Shown: positions 55,663 through 64,000 of the stretch, one piece after another
How positions within the stretch are numbered: the first letter of the stretch is position 1
Layout: each line of letters starts with the position of its first letter
Assembly (NCBI GenBank): GCA_951406725.2
Contig: OX597823.1
Coordinates: 74,524,001-74,588,000 of the forward strand
DNA from: Octopus vulgaris
Taxonomy: Eukaryota
Reading direction: 5' to 3'
DNA: 64,000 nt
Program-made: the position numbers and the translations under genes
Notes under the pieces: model-generated
Told to the model about the DNA's origin: nothing
The model's database searches: none
What the model saw: the letters and a program-made list of their open reading frames with translations, nothing else

Positions 55663-55875
55663 ACATGCACACATATATAGAGAGAGTGGTATATATAGAT
55701 ATCTACATTGATTGACAAATAGAGAGTTAGATAGACAGATATAGACATATATTATGAATGCACACAAATATATAAGTTCATTTACATTGCATGTATGCTG
55801 TTGGTATCGTTGGTATGATGTTTCAGAATGATGGGACTAGGAAATTGAATTTTAATACCATTTTTTCAGTCAGTT

Positions 55876-56085
55876 TGGCGAGATGGCAGACTCGTTAGCA
55901 CGCCGCACAAAATGCTTAACGGCATTCGTCCGTGTTAACGTTCTGAGTTCAAATTCCGCCCGGGGAGTCTTTGTCTATCGTCATTTTGATGTGAATAAAA
56001 TAAGTTCCAGTTGAGTACTAAGGTCGATAAAATACTCTTACCCACTTCACCGAAACTGATGGCATTCTGCCACAATTTCAGACCG
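55876..56085 (+). mobile_element. SINE family C
   Basis: ggcgagatggcagactcgttagcacgccg..aaatgcttaacggcatt...gttctgagttcaaattccgcc. Confidence 0.8.
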
Positions 56086-56728
56086 TTATTAAAGAATTAA
56101 ATGAAATAAAGTGGAACGTCTTAACACCAAAGTCACTTCACATCAGCAACTGTTTTCTTGTAATAAAAAAAAAAAAATGATCTATATAATATAAAGAACT
56201 TAATTAAGATATAGTACTAGACTTACAACTGGGCCAGAAATAGAATACGCATGAATGAAGAGAAGGTTGAAGTGGATGTAAATGTTTAGAAGATTTTTAC
56301 TAAAATATTTATTTCATACCCATATAAAGATATAAATAAAAAAGAAGAAAACTCTAACACAAATATACAATGCTGAATCGACAATCCAAGAAAAGGTTAC
56401 AGAAAAGGTTACATATCTTCGGAAGAATAGTACGCTTGAAACATCAATATCAAAAATAATATATATTTTTTCAATTGGAGATAGTATTATTCAATTAATC
56501 AAACGATTATCGTATTTTGGTGTTTTAATTCAAAATATCGCACTGTAGTGAGCGAATTTCTTATTTATAGATATAGAAAGATGATTGACTCAATGAAAGA
56601 TATCACATAATTCGTTCCAGATCAGTAGGCCGCTTGAGTATGGCATGTATATATGTATATATATATATATATATATATAAACAAACAAGTATATATTTAT
56701 GGATCAAAACAATTTGTTTCAAAATCGT

Positions 56729-56769
56729 TGGTACTCTTGAGTTTCAAGCGTGATGCAAGTCGTCAGCCA
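56729..56769 (-). ncRNA. Minimal type I hammerhead motif in a (TA)n-flanked insert (about 56680-57062)
   Basis: Minus strand reads UGG-CUGACGA-cuuGCaucacGCuu-GAAA-CUCAAGAG-UA-CCA. Core is canonical; stem II base is mismatched. Confidence 0.55.
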
Positions 56770-57718
56770 TAATAAATTTGAATGCCAAAATTTGATTGCG
56801 ATTGGTCGAAGAAGGTCATAGAGTGTAGTGGTTTATTGTAGGTATATAGGTAACAGTTAGCTGGAAAATACCGCAGGTGAACAGGAAATTGATCACGTGG
56901 AGGACAGGAAATAGACCACGTGAGGATTAGGAAATCGGATCGGTTGTCGGGTGGGGAATTGTAAGCCTGTGCTTAATTTCCTGTTGGAGAATTATGAAGT
57001 ACCTCACTCCACATCGAATTACATCCGGACCATAAACTCTAAGCCACTATTTTTTCACCCTTATATATATATATATATAAACACCGTTGTTCCTAACCAT
57101 TGTTCCTAAACACCATTGTTCCTAAATTGTTACGGTACAAGGGAGATCACTCTTTTCCTGCATCTGCTTCCTTGTGTTTACTTTTCCGTTTTCCATTTCT
57201 TCAACGTTAGACTTTTATATATATACTCCCATTTCGCCTTTTCTTGCTTCTTCTCTTGTCTCATTTCTATTTCGTTATGCTATGTTCGGAGTGTCCGATG
57301 ACTGAGCTACTAAACGCAGCACATGCAACTAATAGTAACACATAAAACCATATATTGTGTTTATTAACTAATATTTACTTAACGCAGGTTGGACTACGTT
57401 TTTGGTTGATCTTAATGTCACATAACAGTACACTATATACATGGTGCTTTCGACATTTCCTGATTGGAGCAACCAGGTTGGAAACTGTTATAAGCCTGCA
57501 AGTCATTCAGAGGCACAAATATATGCTTAAATATATATCCAATTCTCTGTAACTTATATGAAAGAATAATGCAACCGTACCTTATATATATTATTATCAT
57601 TGTGGCTGCCCCCTCGTTATCGAGTATGGCCATTGCACGAAGCTTAACTGTTACTGGTGCTGTGATCGAATGTGACTTTTTAGCCCAGCTAAAGATCTAC
57701 AATGTCATACATACATAC

Positions 57719-57788
<70 letters not shown>

Positions 57789-57804
57789 ATGTGTGTGCAT
57801 GTGC

Positions 57805-57871
<67 letters not shown>

Positions 57872-57909
57872 TACATATAGGTTTAGGAACAATGGTGTTT
57901 TTATGTATG

Positions 57910-57942
<33 letters not shown>

Positions 57943-58113
57943 ACTAGCATTGCCCGCGAATGAAATTTTTCCTTATATACTGTAAGAGAAAAGAAAAATA
58001 TGTTGTATATATTGTATAGGAATTTGTTATACTAAATTCAATTTACTCTCCAATTTGGATACAATTTATTTTTTAATTGAGCAATCATTTCTCAATTAAT
58101 AATACGAAATAAA

Positions 58114-58231
<118 letters not shown>

Positions 58232-58935
58232 TAAGAAACGAACATACAAAATTTACCACTTTTATGAAAGGAAATAAATTCTAACACAAATATAGGAATT
58301 TGTGTAAGAGCTTCTGCGTAAACAACATTATTTGCTTTCTAGTTTGGAGCATAAAAAAATAGGCCTTGAAAACTTCCTACACTTGTGCAACCAACATAAA
58401 TTTTGACCATGAGAAAAGCAAAGCCAGTAGAATTCAAAGTCTGACCCTGCACTTATTAATAGATATTGCAAAGCAAAGTCGCACTGTGAATTTTGTTCGT
58501 TTGAACTCAACCATTTAATTATTAATTCATTAATTCATAGTTACTCCTTGCTACTGTCACATTTTTTGAGCAAGAATTGCCCTTTTACACAACCAATTAT
58601 GTGAATTATAATTATTACTTAAGTCTGGAAATACCCTGTTCTTCAATTCAGCTGGGGAATTCACTGTCATACCAATATGAGCCAAACTGATATTACCATT
58701 CCTATCAAATGGTACTTTTCCATTTTCTAATTAGAGCAGCCAGGTTGAAAACTGTTTGGCACATTAGTCTCCATGTAATAAAACTCGCACGTTAGTATTG
58801 AAGTAGAATTTCAGTACTTTATTCCATCAGATCTTGTTAGTCGCGGAATGGCTGGTGATGTCTGTCTGAAGTATCCTGATAAAACTAATGTATCTTCTCC
58901 CACGGATTCATTGTTGCCTCTGATGTCCTGTAAGG

Positions 58936-59238
58936 CAGTGCTACTGAAAGTTGTGGTCCACAGACCGGTGCCGGTCTGCGAGCCATCTGCTGCCGGAAAG
59001 CGGCGAGTTTCAAGAAAAGAAAGACTCATTTTAAAATGCTTATAAAATGCTTAGGTAATATTGTATTATTTGTTTACGAAATAAATATAAGATTTTTAGA
59101 AATTGTTAACTTTTATTATAGTCATTTTATATACTGTTTTCAGTATAAATTAATATTACATAGAAATATTACTAGTCCCTGGCACATTGGAAATATAAAT
59201 CTGCCGGTATGTCACATCAGATATTTTGAGAAGCATTA
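58936..59238. mobile_element. hAT (Charlie/MER5-like) MITE inserted in the Helitron helicase
   Basis: Ends cagtgctactgaaa / tttgagaagcatta (imperfect TIR) with 8-bp TSD ctgtaagg / aagtaagg. Removing it rejoins helicase ..KT-LQDIRG. Confidence 0.75.
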
Positions 59239-60682
59239 AAGTAAGGTCTTACCAAGAGCTACCATTGCCTCTCTATGTAATATAGTGCATTTAGCGCAAA
59301 TGATAATGTAGCTTTGGCAGAACACTTCTGCTGAACTTGATTCTTTGCTTATGTTACAAATTGGGCTGTCCTTTGTAACCAGGTTTAGCGGTGATTTAAA
59401 GGCTGAATGAACTGTTCGTCCTCCTGGAAGAAGGGTGCAAGCCAAGCCAGACAATGGCACAGCACCTTTTATTCTTTTATGTTGTCTTACCTTAGAGAGA
59501 AACAATGTTACAAACGTTTTACCTTTGACACCAGGAGCATCAAGAAAGAAGAAGATTCCGCTGCTTTTTCTGGTGATTGTGGAATGCAGCACGCTTGCAT
59601 ACACACACACGCACGCAGGTACATATGACTATAGTATCAAACTTCAGATGGAATGGATTGGTGTGTGTGGGGTGGGTGGGTTAGAGAGAGATTGCGAGTG
59701 AATGTGTGTGTTGTCATGTATACGTAGATACACAAATAAATAGGCATACATTTTCTTGTGCGTTTGTGAGTGTGAGAGCGAGAGAGAGAGAGAGAGAGTG
59801 CCACTTATACCTCACTCTCTCTGACACACTGAGGCATACATACATGCATACAAAAAAGATGTATGCATATGTATTTATGCAAGTATACATGACAACCCGC
59901 CCATACACTCACTCACACACACATAGACACACACATACGTTAATGTATGCAAACGTACATACAAAAACACACGTGGGCGTGTTTGAATGACTATAAATAT
60001 ATAAAGATGAACGTGGCCTACAAAAAGAAAATAAATAGAAAAATTTACGGAAAATAACGAAGTGTGCGAGTTCAAGCAAACAATGAATGAGATAAACATG
60101 AATGAAAAAAGTCGTATAAATAAAAGCACGCTTAAAACCTCGATCCGAATATCTAAATTTGTGAACTCAGTAAATATTTCTTTCATTAAGCTATCGTAGT
60201 AGTTTACAAATGGCGAATAAGAACTTGAAATGAAAACATAGAAATAAAAACATTAAAATAGAGTGAGAGACTTCGGCGTTTTTACTTCAATGCCGGAAGT
60301 TGACATTGAGAAACGTTTTTAAAGAAGTTAATCACAAATATCAAGTAAAATTTCTTAACTTTTAATACAAAAAATCTAATGAAGAGCCTAACATGTTTCC
60401 GAAATCAAATTATCCATGCAACGCAACTATAGAAGCAATTGGTAAAGCCGTCTTCGAGTGGAAAGCGAATACACACATCTCTATTTTATATATTAGGTAA
60501 TACATAATAATTTAAAAATATTTTTCTTGCTGTATTGCGGGTTCGTTTCTCTTTTTTCCATCTGTGATCTTATTTGTGATCTTCTATATAGATGAAGATA
60601 TTTCTCACGCCTAGCTGCTTTTCTTTCTACGAAACGAGCAGTTACATTGCGGAAGTGTTATTTTAACGAGTTGATTCTATTT

Positions 60683-60788
60683 ATCACCCGACGAATTACA
60701 TCTGCACCGCCATATGCTCGTAAACCATTTACTGAGTGTCCCATTCATGAGTGGGCGATGCTAGATTTGTCGAAGCAATTGTCGTGAT
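60683..60788 (+). ncRNA. Mutated long-stem-II hammerhead, paralog of 29498-29603
   Basis: AUCAC-CCGACGA-auuacAUCUG...UAGAUuuguc-GAAG-CAAUUG-UC-GUGAU; the GAAA core has become GAAG. Confidence 0.6.
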
Positions 60789-60836
60789 TAATAATAAATT
60801 CTCGTATATTCCATCTTCCATCTTTCATTTGCCAAA

Positions 60837-60875
<39 letters not shown>

Positions 60876-60928
60876 ATATATATATAAATATATATATATA
60901 TATCTATATCTATCTGTCTATCTATATA

Positions 60929-60997
<69 letters not shown>

Positions 60998-61149
60998 ATA
61001 TATAAATATATATATATATATGTATATATATATGTATTCTTTTACTCTTATTTTCTTCCATTCATTAGACATATTTCTAAAGCATGTTACTTATTTATCG
61101 GCCTCTTTATCGAAACCCAAAATTACGTGGTTCTAAATACACCAACAGC

Positions 61150-61410
61150 AAATTACAATCGGTGGACAAACACAGACAAAAAGACACACACAAACACCCC
61201 AATGATGAGGTCCCGGCAAAGCCGCAACCTTAGTGCTGAAACATATAAAGTAATAAAATAATATAAACGTATATAGGGCGTACGTATTTCAGTTTCCGTT
61301 ACAAAGTTTAGATGGGCCCAACGATATAGCAGAAGACAATTGTCCAAATGTCCACGCAAAAGGACTGAGCGCGGAAATCTGTAGTTGGGAACCAAACTTC
61401 TTTCCACAGA
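61150..61410 (-). mobile_element. SINE family A, degenerate
   Basis: ggacaaacacagac..tttcagtttccgt..gatatagcagaagaca.ttgtccaa.tgtccacgc..gggactga. Confidence 0.6.
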
Positions 61411-61783
61411 ACAATGTTATATATATATATATATATATATGTAAATGTAAAAGAATACAAACTGGGACTAGAACGTGAAACATTTAGAATACGATACAAA
61501 AAACACGGACGGGCCATTCGAAGCCTTCAATCTTCAGTCAAGAACCGGATCATCTTAGCATTGTCGGCTGATTAATCTTGAGATTTATCCGATCTGGCCA
61601 GCCCCAAAGGAAAATCTAAGCCAAGCGCATTAGATTCCTTGGAAGAAAGCCTCGAATGTATACGAAACAAGGACAGAAAAACGGACGATGTTACACGAAT
61701 AAAAATAAAAAATACAAAAATACGTAAAAACAATAATGATAGCACGGATAAGAATACAAATATTTGTAAAAACAATAATGATA

Positions 61784-61816
<33 letters not shown>

Positions 61817-62002
61817 TACCCGAAATTTAAAGGTAGGGTAAAATGATCGATAGAATCAAGTACTAGGTTTAAAATATTAGTACCGGAGTCGATACGATCA
61901 ACTAAATTTCTCTCTACGATGGTGCCCCACCGTTGCTGCAAAACAATGACTACAACAGCTAGAAGGTAAGAAAAAGATAAAAGATATATATATTTGTATA
62001 TG

Positions 62003-62068
<66 letters not shown>

Positions 62069-62502
62069 AAGGGGACGAGAAATAAAAAGTGAAATATAGC
62101 TGCATATATAGATATTTGGGGTTTCCTACCTGGTAGATGTAAAACACAGAAGTCAAGGCGAATTCTGTGTTCCCTATTTTCCTGTTTGGTGAGTTATGAG
62201 TGTTCATTGCGCTGACAGTTTTTCCTTTCTTCTTTCCGAACCAGCTTTTTTTTCGAATTTAAAGCATGTTCTTATAAAATGCGTATCATATCATAAAATT
62301 CCATATTGATCTCTTTCAAAAGTGTGCTTCTTAGTGTTAGAATAACTCAGCTACCACACTCTTTAGGTTCCTGTTCTTAAAATCCTCGTTTCCGATGTTA
62401 AAATGCTTATGTATGTTTGCCGATCCATTTACATAACGAATCAATGACTCTAAGCTTGTGCAATTGTGCGCATTTATGTTTCTAACTTTTTTCTCTTCGA
62501 TA

Positions 62503-62923
62503 CTCTCTTTACTCTTTTACTTGTTTCAGTCGTTTGACTGCGGCCATGCTGGAGCACCACCTTTAGTCGAGCAAATCGACCCCGGGACTTATTCTTTGTA
62601 AACCCAGTACTTATTCTATCGGTCTCTTTTTGCCGAACTGCTAAGTGACGGGGACGTAAACACACCAGCATCGGTTGTCAAGTGATAGTGGGGGGGGGGA
62701 CAAACACAGACACACAAACATATACACACACTTACACATATATATATGTACACTTATATACGACAGGCTTCTTTCAGTTTCCGTCTACCAAATCCACTCA
62801 CAAGGCATTGGTCGGCCCGAGGCTATAGCAGAAGACACTGCCCAAGATGCCACGCAGTGGGACTGAACCCGGAACCGTGTGGTTGGTAAGCAAGATACTT
62901 ACCGCACAGCCACTCCTGCGCCT
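62503..62923 (-). mobile_element. SINE family A, full length
   Basis: All family A motifs from tail (tactcttttacttgtttcagtc) to head (acagccactcctgcgcct). Confidence 0.92.
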
Positions 62924-63559
62924 AACTTAATTCATGCGCATTTTTCCAAAAATTACTGAAGAACTACTGCTTTTTTTTTTAAACATTATTTCATGTACAA
63001 CTGCTTCCGGCTCACCTTGCTTTTCAGGAATTATCAGAGAATTTCTAGTTTTGTGCATGATTGTATTAAATGCTCTTTCATGGATGTTTATACAATGTGT
63101 TTGTGGTGCCTGGTCAAAGGTAATTTCCTTTTCATTTCGTTTATTATTTCATAAGCTCTTATATATTTGCCTATTGCTAATTTATGTTTACGCACGTTTT
63201 ATCCCCTTATCTGATTATAAAACAGTCTTTAACACAAAGTTTTTTTTATCATTATTTGAATAAATACGATTTTACTTAGTGGTCATTTTTGTTAGTTTAA
63301 ACTTTGCTTCTTTTTTTCGATGAATCCATATTCAACAATGTTCAAGGCATACACCATTGGGAAACGCACACTTCGATCTAGAAATCGTATTGAGGATAGT
63401 GTCTAAATGTGCATCACTATTGAAGTAAGTACATATAACAGCTTGAGATTTTGTAGAACTTAGTTGTTCTTCGAGGTAATCACAAAGGTAAAGCATGCTT
63501 GAAGAATATGTGACGAACGATCTGGATCCATATTAAAAACCCATATCTTTTTGTTCTTT

Positions 63560-64000
63560 GTGCAACATAAACGATCATTTCTGGGCCGTACCTGGATGTG
63601 ATGTAAAATTGGTTTCAAATTATAACTGAGCTTCAGCTTCAAAAAGGTTGGATGGACGTGAGCAACAAAGGATTTTCCGAAACCAAAGTTGCATAAAAAC
63701 TAATCTATAGACACTGATTGGTGATAGACTAGTGGAATTTACCATTTCTAGAACTCCGGTGAAGCTGTCACAATGGGAGAGTAATTAAAAATACATCAAT
63801 GACTTACGGTTTTCAGTCGAAAAGAACCGATTACTCTCTATAATAGCACATGATATATGTCTTCTAAGCAAAACACGGGGAACATAATTCTATCTCACCC
63901 AGGTTACTCACCAAACATCTTTCTAATTGCTTACAACTTTTGATGCATTTAGATAAATCCCGCCAGAGATAATCACCAAAAATCAAAAAGTACTTCAACA
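63560..64000 (+). pseudogene. Mariner transposase fossil (Hsmar1-like motif style), runs off the window end
   Basis: NDHF..GCDVK..WMD..FPKPKLHKN*SIDTDW**TSGIYHF*NSGEAVT..ILSHPGYSPNI..YNF, corresponding to the TCDEKW, PKPKLHQKK.M...WW and HPPYSPDL motifs. Confidence 0.8.

Overview
AT-rich eukaryotic (animal) genomic DNA, densely packed with microsatellites and repeats. The tRNA-derived SINE families and repeat landscape look like a coleoid cephalopod, probably Octopus; this is inferred from pattern recognition, not a database match. I found no intact host gene, rRNA, CRISPR array or prokaryotic system. Almost all ORF-track entries are microsatellite read-throughs or decayed transposon frames. 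Recognisable content: three SINE families in many copies, mariner transposase fossils (one internally deleted copy with both TIRs), a Helitron helicase fossil split by a hAT-type MITE, a Ty3/Gypsy LTR-gag fossil, R4/Dong-like LINE fragments, and at least four Penelope-like (PLE) coding fossils. The standout signal is a set of type I hammerhead ribozyme (HHR) motifs in non-coding inserts within or beside (TA)n, several with a PLE-style 5' inversion. These include a near-identical 532/533-bp tandem array with an intact HHR per unit (511-2059), a 355-bp rod-like monomer with a non-canonical HHR core (42078-42586), and a long-stem-II HHR family (29.5 kb and 60.7 kb). Together they suggest several retrozyme-like, PLE-mobilised, self-cleaving RNA families. 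All structures and translations were derived by eye, and repeat boundaries are approximate unless a TIR or TSD is quoted.
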